A DNA stretch of 37,200 nt from a virus (lineage: Duplodnaviria > Caudoviricetes), in IMG/VR virus record IMGVR_UViG_3300048599_000216, positions 1 through 37,200 of that record. The stretch is one strand, 5' to 3'. Below, in pieces: positions 24,900-35,011 of the stretch (its first letter is position 1; each line of letters begins with the position of its first letter). The notes under the pieces are model-generated. The model worked only from the letters and a program-made list of their open reading frames with translations. It was not told the DNA's origin and did no database searches. Position numbers and translations under genes: made by a program.

Positions 24900-27800
24900 G
24901 TGGCCGAATTCGCCGTAAACCTGCGCATCAACGCCGACGGAAAGGTTGCCGTCAAGGTGGTGAACCAGGTCGCAGAGGCCAGCCAGCGCATGGGCGTAGT
25001 TGCACGCCAAGGCGGCCAGAACGCGGCACAGGGCATGGCATCCGCCCATGCGCCTACGGCTCGTCTCTCATCGTTGGCCGAGGACGCGAAGAACCAGCTC
25101 GTCAAGCTGGTTGCGGTCGCTGGCGGCGCCGTAGCGGTCCTGCGTGGCCTGGCCTCTGCGGCGGACGCATGGGCGAATCTCACCTCGCGCATCAAGCTCG
25201 CGACGAAGACGAAAGAACAGTACGCGATCGCAGAGGCTGAAGTCTTTGCGATCAGTCAACGCACGTCTACCCAAGTCGATGCAACCGCCACGCTTTACAC
25301 CAAGCTGGCCAACTCGATGTCGGGGACGGCTACGACCCAGCGTGAACTGCTGGGACTGACCGAGACGATCAATCAGGCATTCGCTCTCAGCGGCGCGAGT
25401 TCGGTAGACCAAGCCAATGCCATCCGGCAGCTATCGCAAGCCTTCGCTGGCGGCGTGCTGCGCGCCGAGGAGTACAACTCGGTTGTCGAACAAGGCGAGC
25501 GCCTATCACGAGCGCTTGCCGCCGGCCTGGGCCTCACTGCCGGCGAGCTGAGAAAGCAAGTCAACGACGGCACCGTGACCGTCGATCGCATGGTCGCTGC
25601 CTTGAAGAACCAGGCGAACGCGATCAAATCCGAATTTGACCAGCTGCCGCTGACGATCGGTCGTGCGTGGACGCAGCTCGAAAATACGGTCCTCAAGACG
25701 GTCGGCGAGCTGGCCAAGACCACCGGCGTCGCCACGTTGGTCGCGAGCTCGTTGGTTGTGCTTGGCGGCAATCTCAATCTCGTCGTGGTCGCACTGCTGG
25801 CCTTCGCGGCCGCGCGCATGGCGTCCGTGGCTCAGGCTGCCCTGCAAGATGCCGCGCAGCGCCGCGTGGCCGCGAGCGCGCTGGCCGAGGCGGAAGCACA
25901 GGTAGCCAAGGCACGCGCCATGGTGCTGGTCGGCGGTAGCACTGCCGCGCTGGCCAGCGCAGAACTTCGCCTTGCCGCTGCGCAGGAGGCAGCGACAGCG
26001 GCTGGAGTCGGCAAGCTCGGTTTGCTCAGCCGTATGGGCTCCGGTCTGCTCGCGTTGGCGGGTGGCCCGATTGGCGTCGCCATGCTCGCGATCGGTGGCT
26101 TGGTCGCCGCGATGCAGGCGATGAGCAATGCCGAGGCGGAGCGGGTGCGCCAGTTCAACGCCGGCGTCAAAGCGACGAACGACGCTGCACAGAGTATCGA
26201 CGGCCTTGTCGCGCAAATTGAGCGCGCGAAGCAGCACTACGACCAGTTGCCCGACTTCGCCACGATGGCGCGGGAATGGACCAATGCGACCGAGCAGCTC
26301 GCAGCTGCGCAAGCAAACCTCAATGCCAAACGAGCGGAAATGGAAGGGCTTGAAGCGCGTGTGGCCTACGCGCAGCAGTCAAGTGCGGAGGGCGCTGGGA
26401 CGGCGCTGCTCTCGTTGGTACCGAAACTAGAACAAGTCAAGATCGAATACACCGCGCTCGACGACGTGGTGAATCGCCTTTCGGGATCGCTGAAGAATCT
26501 CAACTTCGATGCGGTATTTAACCCTACAGCCGGCCAAGTTTCAGGTGATCAGGCGAGACAGGCTCTTGCGCTGCTGACCGCAGAAGCCAAGAAGTCCGAA
26601 GCGGAGTTCGAGAAAGCGAAACGGGGGCAGATCGGCTATTGGACCGAGCTGGCCAATACGCGTGTCGCGGCAGCGCGAGCGGCTAATGCGTCGGCGGCGC
26701 AGATCGCGACCATTCAGGCTGAAAACGAAGCGCTATTGAAGACGATCAGCAGCACGATGAAGAAGGAGACCGCGACCAAGTCGGTCGCATCTGCTGGTGC
26801 TGAACTGGTGGCCAAGCTCAAGGAAGAAATCGCCGTCTACGGTCAGAGCGGCACCGCACTGGATCGCTACCGGCTGTCGCAGGCGAAGCTGACGCCGGCG
26901 CTCCGCAGCCAGGGTGAAGCCGCGATTGCGCTGCGCGAAGCCTGGGACCGCTACGCGAAAACGCTGAAGCCCGCCGTCGAGGCTATGGAAAAGATCAATG
27001 CCGGCAGCGCGGATCTGGATGCCGAACTGGCGAAGGGACGTGACGTTCTAGCGGGCCTCGACGACGCCCAGGTGCAGTACAACGAGAGCGTGCGCGAATC
27101 GGTTGCGCTCTACGAGGCTGCACTGGCTCTTGGCCCTCCAACGCAGAAGATGCAGGAGGCGGAAGAGGCGCGCCTGCGCAAGCTGGCTGATCTGCGTGAT
27201 CAGCGTCGAGCGGTCGACCAGCATCAGGAAAGGACGCGCGCGGCGCTTGATGCCGAGCGCCAGCAACTTCAGCGCTCGCAGCAGATGTGGGGCGACTACG
27301 CAGACGCGGTATTCGATGCCGTGTCTCGCAGCGGCAATACACTGAAGAACCTGGCCAACAACCTGCGCGACGTTGTGACGCGCATGCTCGCCGAATGGTT
27401 CCGCACGCGCGTGATCGGCACATTCACGGGCGGCGGTGCCGGTGGTGGCGGTGGCGGCAGCTGGTGGGGTGCCGCGTTGAACGCGGTATTCGGCGGCGGC
27501 AGCGGTGGTGCTGGCGGTGGCGGTGGTGGCGCGGTCGGCAGCGGCGGGAGCCCGGCCGGCGGCAACGCGTGGGGGTCGTTCATCGGGGCCGGCGTGAGCT
27601 ACGCCGCTGGCGGCGGTGGCGCTGGCAGCGGGGCGAACCTGTTCACAAACGCTCTGACGTCCGTCGCGGGCAACTACGTTCAGAACTACTTCTTCGGCAG
27701 CGGCGCTTCGTCGCTGGCCGGAAACGCGGCTGCCGGCGGCATTGATCTATCAGCGTCCGCGGGCAATGCGTACAGCCTGTCGTCGAACACCGCGGCCGGC

Positions 27801-30800
27801 GGAATCAATCTATCCGCGTCGGCCGGCGCAGCGCAGCCTTATGGCTCGCTGGGCGCCTACGGCTCTGCGGCCGCCTGGGGCGGTGGCGTTCTTGGGGCGT
27901 ACTACGGCGCAACGCGCGCCAGCGACGGTCAGTTCCACAATCGTGTCGGTGCCGGCGTGACGTATGGCGCTCTCGGCATGGGCGTGGCCGGTACGGCCGC
28001 TGGCGTCGCCGGTGGCGCGAGCCTCGGCGCCGCGGCAGGCGGTGCCTACGCGGCCATCGGCAGTGCCTCGTGGATTCCGATTGTCGGCTGGATTCTCGCG
28101 CTGGTTGCCGCACTCGACATGGGTTCTGGCGGGAAAGTTTTCGGAACGAAATGGAAGCCTGACACCATCACGCAGAGCATCGGCGTCCAGGATCAAGCCG
28201 CTTACGCAAACATCCACATTCTCGACAAGAAATACGGCAGCGCCCGGTTTTTCGCGGCACCGGGCGACGCACTCGGTCGTGCCCGGTGGCGCGGCCGCGA
28301 CGAAGAAGCGACGCCGGAAATGCAGGCCGCTGCGGCGGCGATTTTCCGGACGGCATCGAGCACGATGCGCACTGCCGCGGCGCAGCTGCAGATCGAAGTC
28401 CCGCCCCTCATCGAGGGCTACTGGGAGACGGTCACCAAATACACCCGAAAGGGGAACGTGAAGTACACCGATGAGATGTCGGTGTTCTTCGGCGTGAAGT
28501 ACAAAGAGAGCTTCGAGCAGTTCCAAAAACGCTTGAACGCCGAGCAGCTGATCGGTGCGGTAGAAGCCGCCGGCGGCGCGGGGCACGACGTTGCCGAACA
28601 GTGGCGCCACAACGCGGACCTGTTGCTGGACGGCGCGAGCATGCTGCTCGCCGCGCAGGTCGATCTCGTCAAGGGACGCGCGTTGCTCAGCGAGAAGTTC
28701 ACGCTCGCCGACGTCACGGAACTGGTTCAGGACAACCAGGTCGGCGACGAGTCGTTGCTGGAAACCTACGTCCGACTGCAAGAGTCGACGATGATCTTCG
28801 AGGACGCTCTGGCGATCCTCGGCCAGCAGCTGAACCTCGGTCGCGTCGCATTCGTCCAGTTCGCGGCTGACATCGCGGAGGCTGCCGGTGGCGTTGACCA
28901 GGCGCGGGCGCTTTGGACTTCGTACTTCGAGGAATTCTTCGGCCAGCAGCAACTGCTGCTCCGGCAGCGCGATGGAGCGCAGGCCGACGTCGGCGCGCAG
29001 CTGACCGCGATCGGGCTCGCCCCCGACGCCACGCTCGCCGATTTCCGGGAGCAGTTTGAGCGCGCCCTCCCGAAGCTGTCGCCCCAGGAAATCGTGCAAT
29101 GGTTGGAAGCGGGACGCGCTCTGGGTGCGTTGTCCGACCTGACGAGCCGTGCGGGCGCTGCAACGGATCTGCTCACCGCCTCGCTGCACAACATGGGCGT
29201 GACGCTCGATTTGTCGGCGCAGCAGTTCGAGACGTTTGCGGCGCAGATCGCTGACGCAGCCGGTGGGCTTGACGAGGCGAACAAGCTCTGGACGGCATTT
29301 TTCCGGTCGTTCTACAGCGAAGGCGAGTTGCTCGGACAGCAGGTCGCGCTCATGCGAACCAGTGTCGACGACCAGCTGGCTGGGCTTGGCCTGGACACCG
29401 ACATCAGCATGGCGGACTTCCGCGAGAGGTTCGAGCGGGCGCTCCCGAAGCTCAGCGCAGAGGACATCGTCAAATGGCTGCAGGCGGGCAACGCGCTCGC
29501 GCTGCTCACCAATGCGCAGGCGCAGCTCGAGCAGCAGGTGGCGCAGGTGCTTGGACCGATGGGCCTGGCCGGCCGTGGGCTGTCGCAGTTTGGTCAAGCA
29601 CTGGTCGCAATCCATACGCAGGAATCGGCCGCTATCGACGCCGCGAACGCGCTGGCCCGGTCGCGCGGCGCCGAAGGGGCGAGCGCGATACAGGTTGCCG
29701 CCATCCATCACTGGGCTATGCGACAGATCGGCGCGGCCGCGCGCCAGCTCCAGGCGGAGATGACGCGCCTAGTCGCGGACCTGTACGGCGCCGTGCCGGG
29801 CAACCTCGACCTGATCAATCAGCGCATTTCCGAACTGGAGAGCGCATCGCAGAATGCCGCCGGCGGTATCAACAGCGTTGCCGACGCCGGTGCCAATCTG
29901 TTCGAGCAGTGGGCGAACGGGATCAAGTCCGTGCAGGACTATCTCGACAGCATGCTATTCGGCGACCTCAGCTCACTGTCGCCGGAACAGCAGATCGAGG
30001 AAGCGCGCAACCAACTGCTGGATGCCCAGGCCGCAGCCATGCGTGGCGACACCGAAGCGTTGTCTCGGTTGCCGCAGCTCGCCGAGCTGTACCTGCGGTT
30101 GCAGCGCGGCGCCCTGACGAGCGGCGGCGACTTCAACGCCCAGTCCGACTGGGTGCGCCAGTTGCTGCAGGCGGTCACGGGCATGGCGAACCCGCATGCA
30201 CGGCCGGGCGACAGCGGCGAAACCTACACCGTCGGACCTTCGGCAGAGCTGCAGGCGCTCTACGCGGCGCGCGATGCGGCGCTGGCCGGGCAGTATGCGG
30301 AACAGCGCAGGCAGCTCGCCGAGCAGCTCGTGCAGCACCTGGCTGACTTCGCCGCACTGTTCCGCGTTCCGATCTTCGATCTGATTCAGGCCCAAGGCGT
30401 GAACCTGCGCACGCTGGCGACTGACCTTGGCGTGGATCTGTCAAATCTCACGGCAGCCAGCGTTGACGTGTTGGGCTACATGGCGACCACGCTAGGTGTC
30501 AGCATGACCGAGCTGACGCAGAACCTTGGGATCGAGCTGACGGACCTGGGAACCGGCATCACAGAGTTGACGCAGCGGCTCGGTATCGATCTGGGCGCGC
30601 TCACCGTGGAAAGTACCCAGTCACTGGCCGCGCTGGCTGCGAGTCTCGGCATGAACCTCGCTGAGCTGTCGGAAGCCGTTGGCATCAACCTGGGTGACTT
30701 GACCGACCGGCAGAGCCTTCTCAACCAGGCCCTGGCCGGGACGATTGACCAACTCCCGAGCGCCCAACGTGACCAGCTACGACCGCTGCTGGAAGCCATC

Positions 30801-31394
30801 TCGTCTGCCACGACGGAGGCCGATGCGAACGCGGCGATCGGCACGCTGCGCGAGGCTGTGACGGCGCTGTCGCCGGACCTGCGCAATCAACTCGCGCCGT
30901 TCTTCGAGGGCATCGTGCCGAGCAGCGCGCTGACGCAGCTCGACTACCTGGGCGACATCCAGAGTATCGCGGGCAATCAGCTTGAGGTGCTGGTCTGGAT
31001 GAACGATGTACTCGGTGCGATCAACGCGAACCTGGCGGCCGCGAACTCAAGTGCCGGCATTCCGAGCTACGCCGTCGGCACGGGCTTTGTGGATGGCGAT
31101 CAGCTCGCGAACATCCACCATGGTGAGGCCGTAGTGCCGGCGGCGGTCAACGCCTGGTTCCGCGATGCGAACTGGCAGCTACCGCGTTCGTCGTCCAATG
31201 ACGACGGTCGCCTGGTTGCTGGGCTGAAGCGCATCGAGGAGCGCCTCGAATCGCTGGAGCGCAGCAACGCGGCTGGGCACACGCGGACCGCGCAGACCGT
31301 CGACGCCGGCGACGCCAAAGCTCGCCAGCAGCGCGAAGAAACCAACCGGACGCTTCGTGACGGCAGCACCAACCGGAGCAATCGCTATGGTTGA
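24900..31394 (+). CDS. Tape measure protein (2164 aa)
   Basis: Tape_meas N-terminal motif (QLSQAFAGGVLRAEEYNSVVEQ), coiled coils, internal repeats, C-terminal YAVGT..V..DQLANIH.GEAVVPA. Confidence 0.95.
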   Translation: MAEFAVNLRINADGKVAVKVVNQVAEASQRMGVVARQGGQNAAQGMASAHAPTARLSSLAEDAKNQLVKLVAVAGGAVAVLRGLASAADAWANLTSRIKLATKTKEQYAIAEAEVFAISQRTSTQVDATATLYTKLANSMSGTATTQRELLGLTETINQAFALSGASSVDQANAIRQLSQAFAGGVLRAEEYNSVVEQGERLSRALAAGLGLTAGELRKQVNDGTVTVDRMVAALKNQANAIKSEFDQLPLTIGRAWTQLENTVLKTVGELAKTTGVATLVASSLVVLGGNLNLVVVALLAFAAARMASVAQAALQDAAQRRVAASALAEAEAQVAKARAMVLVGGSTAALASAELRLAAAQEAATAAGVGKLGLLSRMGSGLLALAGGPIGVAMLAIGGLVAAMQAMSNAEAERVRQFNAGVKATNDAAQSIDGLVAQIERAKQHYDQLPDFATMAREWTNATEQLAAAQANLNAKRAEMEGLEARVAYAQQSSAEGAGTALLSLVPKLEQVKIEYTALDDVVNRLSGSLKNLNFDAVFNPTAGQVSGDQARQALALLTAEAKKSEAEFEKAKRGQIGYWTELANTRVAAARAANASAAQIATIQAENEALLKTISSTMKKETATKSVASAGAELVAKLKEEIAVYGQSGTALDRYRLSQAKLTPALRSQGEAAIALREAWDRYAKTLKPAVEAMEKINAGSADLDAELAKGRDVLAGLDDAQVQYNESVRESVALYEAALALGPPTQKMQEAEEARLRKLADLRDQRRAVDQHQERTRAALDAERQQLQRSQQMWGDYADAVFDAVSRSGNTLKNLANNLRDVVTRMLAEWFRTRVIGTFTGGGAGGGGGGSWWGAALNAVFGGGSGGAGGGGGGAVGSGGSPAGGNAWGSFIGAGVSYAAGGGGAGSGANLFTNALTSVAGNYVQNYFFGSGASSLAGNAAAGGIDLSASAGNAYSLSSNTAAGGINLSASAGAAQPYGSLGAYGSAAAWGGGVLGAYYGATRASDGQFHNRVGAGVTYGALGMGVAGTAAGVAGGASLGAAAGGAYAAIGSASWIPIVGWILALVAALDMGSGGKVFGTKWKPDTITQSIGVQDQAAYANIHILDKKYGSARFFAAPGDALGRARWRGRDEEATPEMQAAAAAIFRTASSTMRTAAAQLQIEVPPLIEGYWETVTKYTRKGNVKYTDEMSVFFGVKYKESFEQFQKRLNAEQLIGAVEAAGGAGHDVAEQWRHNADLLLDGASMLLAAQVDLVKGRALLSEKFTLADVTELVQDNQVGDESLLETYVRLQESTMIFEDALAILGQQLNLGRVAFVQFAADIAEAAGGVDQARALWTSYFEEFFGQQQLLLRQRDGAQADVGAQLTAIGLAPDATLADFREQFERALPKLSPQEIVQWLEAGRALGALSDLTSRAGAATDLLTASLHNMGVTLDLSAQQFETFAAQIADAAGGLDEANKLWTAFFRSFYSEGELLGQQVALMRTSVDDQLAGLGLDTDISMADFRERFERALPKLSAEDIVKWLQAGNALALLTNAQAQLEQQVAQVLGPMGLAGRGLSQFGQALVAIHTQESAAIDAANALARSRGAEGASAIQVAAIHHWAMRQIGAAARQLQAEMTRLVADLYGAVPGNLDLINQRISELESASQNAAGGINSVADAGANLFEQWANGIKSVQDYLDSMLFGDLSSLSPEQQIEEARNQLLDAQAAAMRGDTEALSRLPQLAELYLRLQRGALTSGGDFNAQSDWVRQLLQAVTGMANPHARPGDSGETYTVGPSAELQALYAARDAALAGQYAEQRRQLAEQLVQHLADFAALFRVPIFDLIQAQGVNLRTLATDLGVDLSNLTAASVDVLGYMATTLGVSMTELTQNLGIELTDLGTGITELTQRLGIDLGALTVESTQSLAALAASLGMNLAELSEAVGINLGDLTDRQSLLNQALAGTIDQLPSAQRDQLRPLLEAISSATTEADANAAIGTLREAVTALSPDLRNQLAPFFEGIVPSSALTQLDYLGDIQSIAGNQLEVLVWMNDVLGAINANLAAANSSAGIPSYAVGTGFVDGDQLANIHHGEAVVPAAVNAWFRDANWQLPRSSSNDDGRLVAGLKRIEERLESLERSNAAGHTRTAQTVDAGDAKARQQREETNRTLRDGSTNRSNRYG

Positions 31395-34017
31395 TCGCCG
31401 TCGCATTCTGCTGGCCGAAGTTTCGCCGAGCGTCCAGCGACCGATCGTTCCAGGCGCCTGGCTGCTCGCGGACGCGAGCGTTGTCCTGAGCAATAGCGCG
31501 CTGACTGCGACCAAGATCACGTCAAGTGGCGTGGCGTGGGCCTGCGCTTCGGGAATTCCTATCGCCGCAGGGCAGTGGTACTGGGAAACGCAGGTCACCA
31601 TCGTGGACGGCGGCCTTGCCGCAGGCATTGCCGTCGGCGTGGCGACCGCTGCAGCAAGTTTGGCGGTGCAGCCGGGCTTTGACGCGACGGGCTACTCGAT
31701 CGCGGTCGGCCGTGACGGCTACGTGCGTGCGAAGGGGCTGGCCATTGCGTTTGTCGGCGCGATTGCGAACGGCGCGATCGTGCGCCTGTGGCTTGACGTA
31801 GACGGACAACGACTGTTCGTCGCCGTCAACGGCGGGGTGTGGCTACCATGTCCGTTGCCGGCGTCGATGCTCGGCGTCGGCCTGCGCCCCATTGTTGGCT
31901 TTCTTCGGCCATTCGGTGCCACTGCCTCTGCGACCGCGAATTTCGGCGCGTCGGCGTTCGCGTATGCGGTACCAGACGGTGCCAACACCGGCCTCTATGT
32001 CAAAGAGGCCCCGGTTCCGACGACTTTCTATCTCGGTAGCGAAGGCTTCGACTACGTACCTCCGAAGTCGAAGGGCGGTCTCGACTACGCGGCCGCACAA
32101 CGCTACGTCTCACGCATCGCCTTCGATTCCGATGTCGATCTGAGCTGCGAGGGCGGCTGTTGGGTATGGGGAAACCAGTCGACAGCCAGCTATGGGCAAG
32201 TCGTGCTCGTCAATGTCGACGGCGGCCTTGATGCGTGGCTGACCTACGAATGGCGCGGCGCACCGATTACTTTGCTGAGCGGCTATGAAGGTGATGCCTA
32301 CGAGGACTACACGCTCTGGACGGAGACGGTGGTTGATCGCATGTCGGCGACGCGCGACGGTCGGCTGATTCTGCACCTCTGCGATCCGCTCTCCCTGTAC
32401 GACCGCGCGCTGCAGATGCAGCTCTACCCAGATGACCAGGCAAATTCGCAGGCCGCGGCTCAGCCTGGTCTTATCGTCATCGGACGTCCGCTGTACTGCG
32501 AGGGCGTGCTGCTCGATCCGAATCCGATCGTGCGTGACTACGATCTGCACGCACCGATTACGGGCTACAGCGCGCCCGGCGGCCCGGTCACTGTTGCCGG
32601 CGACGGTATCGCGTCGATTTCGGCCATCTACGATCGCGGGAACCTGTTCAAAGGCCCCAACGATCCGTACTTTGCTCATAACCCTGTCACCCTGGCGAAC
32701 GGCGGCGCATTCACGACCTGGGCGGCCGACACCGCCGGCGTCCAGATGCCTCAGAACTGGGCGCGCGTGACCGGATTTACTGCAGGCGACCGCTTCCAGC
32801 AGGGCGTCGCAGCCGGCACGCTGCGCATGCTCAGCACGGGCCAGGCCACAACGACCATCGCGCATACGGCTTCCAGCGTACAAGTCGGCTATCGCTACAC
32901 GATCAGCTGTACGGTGACCGCTGTTCCGAAGGCGGGCCAGGTCATTTTCCGGGCAGCGAACACCACGTCGAAACTGCCGCACGACGACGTCGTCGTCGCG
33001 ATCACGGCGGTGGGCACGTTGTCGATTGTGCTCGACGTCGCGAGTCCGGCCGTGTTTCAGATCGTGCTCGGCCGCACCGAGCTGGACGCGACGATTGATG
33101 ATCTGACGGTTTCGTCGGTGAAGGTCGAGGATTGGCAATACCGTTCTGCCGGTGCTAATCGGGTGGGATTCCACCTCGCCAACGCGCCGGCAGGAAAGAT
33201 CGTCGCGAATCCGGTTGGCCCCAATGCCGGCGGCGTGATCGAACACCTCGGTGACGTGCTCAACTACGTGCTGTGGCGGGGCTGGATCAACGCCGGTGCC
33301 ATTGGCACGGCTCCTGACGTCACCGATGCAGCCAGCGCAATTACGGCGCGGGCGAATTATCGAATCGCGACGTTCGAGCGCCGCCCGGTCACTGCGCTGG
33401 CTTTGTTGCGCGACATCATGGATAGCTGGTGCGGCTGGATTGCGCCCCGACGTGATGGCAGCCTGACGGTGGGCCGGGTCATAGCTCCCGAGGGCGTGCG
33501 TTCTGCGCCAGTGGTCACGTTGGATGACACCAACCTCATTGGCGAGGTGGAGGTGTCAGATGACCTCGCCAAAGGGCTCACAGTACGTATCGCCGGCCGC
33601 CGCAATCACAGCGTCCACGCTGACGGCGACCTCGCGACCACCGTGTCGCCCACGCTTCGCGCCGAACTCACGACCGAAATGACGTGTGTGCGTACTGGCG
33701 CGCCGGCGATCAGCCGCACCCCAGTGAGCGCGACGTATGCGCAGGCCGTCGGCGCACCGCCGAAGGCCACGCTACTGCAAGAGCCTTCTGACATTCAGAT
33801 CGAGGCCAACCAGGTTGCGACGCTGTGGCGACCAACGCGCCGCTTCTACGTCGTGACCGCGCTGCTTGGCGCCTCTATTGCCGACACACTGGAACCGGGA
33901 CAGGTGGTTCACCTGGTCTGGCCCGGTTACGGCCTGCAGGCCGGTAAAAACCTTCTCGTCATCGGCGTCCGCCGGCGATTCTTCAGCCGGCGCGTCGATC
34001 TCAAACTGTGGGGATAA
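31387..34017 (+). CDS. Large tail tip protein with N-terminal SPRY/ConA-like domain and internal carbohydrate-binding-like domain
   Basis: LSNS.LTAT, GQWYWE, VRLWLDVDGQRLFVAVNG (SPRY-like); C-terminal LEPGQVV.L..P.YGL..GK hub-type motif. Confidence 0.75.
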   Translation: MVDRRRILLAEVSPSVQRPIVPGAWLLADASVVLSNSALTATKITSSGVAWACASGIPIAAGQWYWETQVTIVDGGLAAGIAVGVATAAASLAVQPGFDATGYSIAVGRDGYVRAKGLAIAFVGAIANGAIVRLWLDVDGQRLFVAVNGGVWLPCPLPASMLGVGLRPIVGFLRPFGATASATANFGASAFAYAVPDGANTGLYVKEAPVPTTFYLGSEGFDYVPPKSKGGLDYAAAQRYVSRIAFDSDVDLSCEGGCWVWGNQSTASYGQVVLVNVDGGLDAWLTYEWRGAPITLLSGYEGDAYEDYTLWTETVVDRMSATRDGRLILHLCDPLSLYDRALQMQLYPDDQANSQAAAQPGLIVIGRPLYCEGVLLDPNPIVRDYDLHAPITGYSAPGGPVTVAGDGIASISAIYDRGNLFKGPNDPYFAHNPVTLANGGAFTTWAADTAGVQMPQNWARVTGFTAGDRFQQGVAAGTLRMLSTGQATTTIAHTASSVQVGYRYTISCTVTAVPKAGQVIFRAANTTSKLPHDDVVVAITAVGTLSIVLDVASPAVFQIVLGRTELDATIDDLTVSSVKVEDWQYRSAGANRVGFHLANAPAGKIVANPVGPNAGGVIEHLGDVLNYVLWRGWINAGAIGTAPDVTDAASAITARANYRIATFERRPVTALALLRDIMDSWCGWIAPRRDGSLTVGRVIAPEGVRSAPVVTLDDTNLIGEVEVSDDLAKGLTVRIAGRRNHSVHADGDLATTVSPTLRAELTTEMTCVRTGAPAISRTPVSATYAQAVGAPPKATLLQEPSDIQIEANQVATLWRPTRRFYVVTALLGASIADTLEPGQVVHLVWPGYGLQAGKNLLVIGVRRRFFSRRVDLKLWG

Positions 34018-34022
34018 CACGC

Positions 34023-34865
34023 ATGTCTGCACTGATTGCCTATCGCAACCTCTCCGACGGTGTTCCGCTGTCTGGCGCTGAACTGCCCAAGTTTCCGTTA
34101 TCGAATCTGCAACAGCGCGAGCTTTCTTCGACCTGGCGCGCCGAAGTCACCTCGGCTCCCGTGATCCTGCTGGACTTGGGCGCCGTGCAGGTAATCCGGT
34201 GCGTCGCGCTAATCGGCGCCAATCAGGAAATGCGGAGCGGGGACTCGACGATGGTTGAGACCAGCATTGATGGTGTGAACTGGAGCGCGAACTGGATACA
34301 GGCGCCGGTCGATGATGCTGCACGCAACCTTCAGAAGATCGTCGTGGCGCTCCAGCCTCAGGACGGGTCGCACAGCCCGGCGCGCTATCTGCGCATCACT
34401 CCGGGCTGGACGCCAGCAAACGAAGCCACTTACTACGAAGCGGCCCGCCTGTGGATCAGCGACGCGATCGTGTTCCCGGACGAGGTGGACGGGAACTGGG
34501 AGCTCGGTGTGCGGGACCGTGGGCGGATTGATGAATCAGGAGGCTTGCAGGTTCGCGCCGACGTGCGCAAGAAGCAGCGGACGCTGCGCATGGCGATCAC
34601 CGCGGTGCCCACGGAAGTCGCGTTCGGATTTGCCGATGACGCAATTGACGCTGAGGACATTCCCAGCCTGCAGGACATGATGCTGCATGCCGGCAGCACC
34701 GGTGAGGTGCTGGCGCTGATCCGCAACTACGGTAGCCCCGAGAATGCTGCGCTCTGGATGCGCCGCCTCGGCATCTACGGTCACCTCACCGACGACAGCT
34801 TGTTCATCCGTCATGACGATGGTCCGCACCACTCGGCAACGCTCACGATCATCGAGGAGTGTTGA
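34023..34865 (+). CDS. Tail protein with discoidin/F5-8-like beta-sandwich
   Basis: FPLSNL......WR, LLDLGA...I..VALIGAN, SIDGVNW, ARYLRI, RLWI motifs. Confidence 0.7.
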   Translation: MSALIAYRNLSDGVPLSGAELPKFPLSNLQQRELSSTWRAEVTSAPVILLDLGAVQVIRCVALIGANQEMRSGDSTMVETSIDGVNWSANWIQAPVDDAARNLQKIVVALQPQDGSHSPARYLRITPGWTPANEATYYEAARLWISDAIVFPDEVDGNWELGVRDRGRIDESGGLQVRADVRKKQRTLRMAITAVPTEVAFGFADDAIDAEDIPSLQDMMLHAGSTGEVLALIRNYGSPENAALWMRRLGIYGHLTDDSLFIRHDDGPHHSATLTIIEEC

Positions 34866-34869
34866 AGAA

Positions 34870-34975
34870 GGGAGCGGCCGAGCCAGCGCGTCAACGCTGG
34901 CTCGGCCGCTCAACGCACGAGGGATGGTCTCGTGAGCAAAGCCAAAGCTCCCTGCCGCGACGTCGCAGCTGGGAA
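34870..34975 (+). other. Structured leader (three hairpins) upstream of the methylase
   Basis: Perfect 17-bp stem 34872-34888/34895-34911; CACGAG/CTCGTG stem; GCGACGTCGC dyad; alternative GGGAGC/GCTCCC pairing. Confidence 0.7.
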
Positions 34976-35011
34976 ATCATGCCGAGGCGCAATCTCAGAT
35001 TCGGAGACCTG

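Noticed and set aside
27420-27630. GGC/GGT-rich tandem-like sequence
   Set aside because: Poly-Gly coding in the tape measure gene; not a CRISPR array or VNTR.
27810-29711. 633-aa minus-strand ORF
   Set aside because: Antisense shadow of the tape measure gene, as are 22889-24019, 20292-21323 and 32110-33246 for their genes.
34872-34911. Long hairpin as an intrinsic terminator
   Set aside because: No U-tract follows on the plus strand; kept instead as a candidate regulatory leader.
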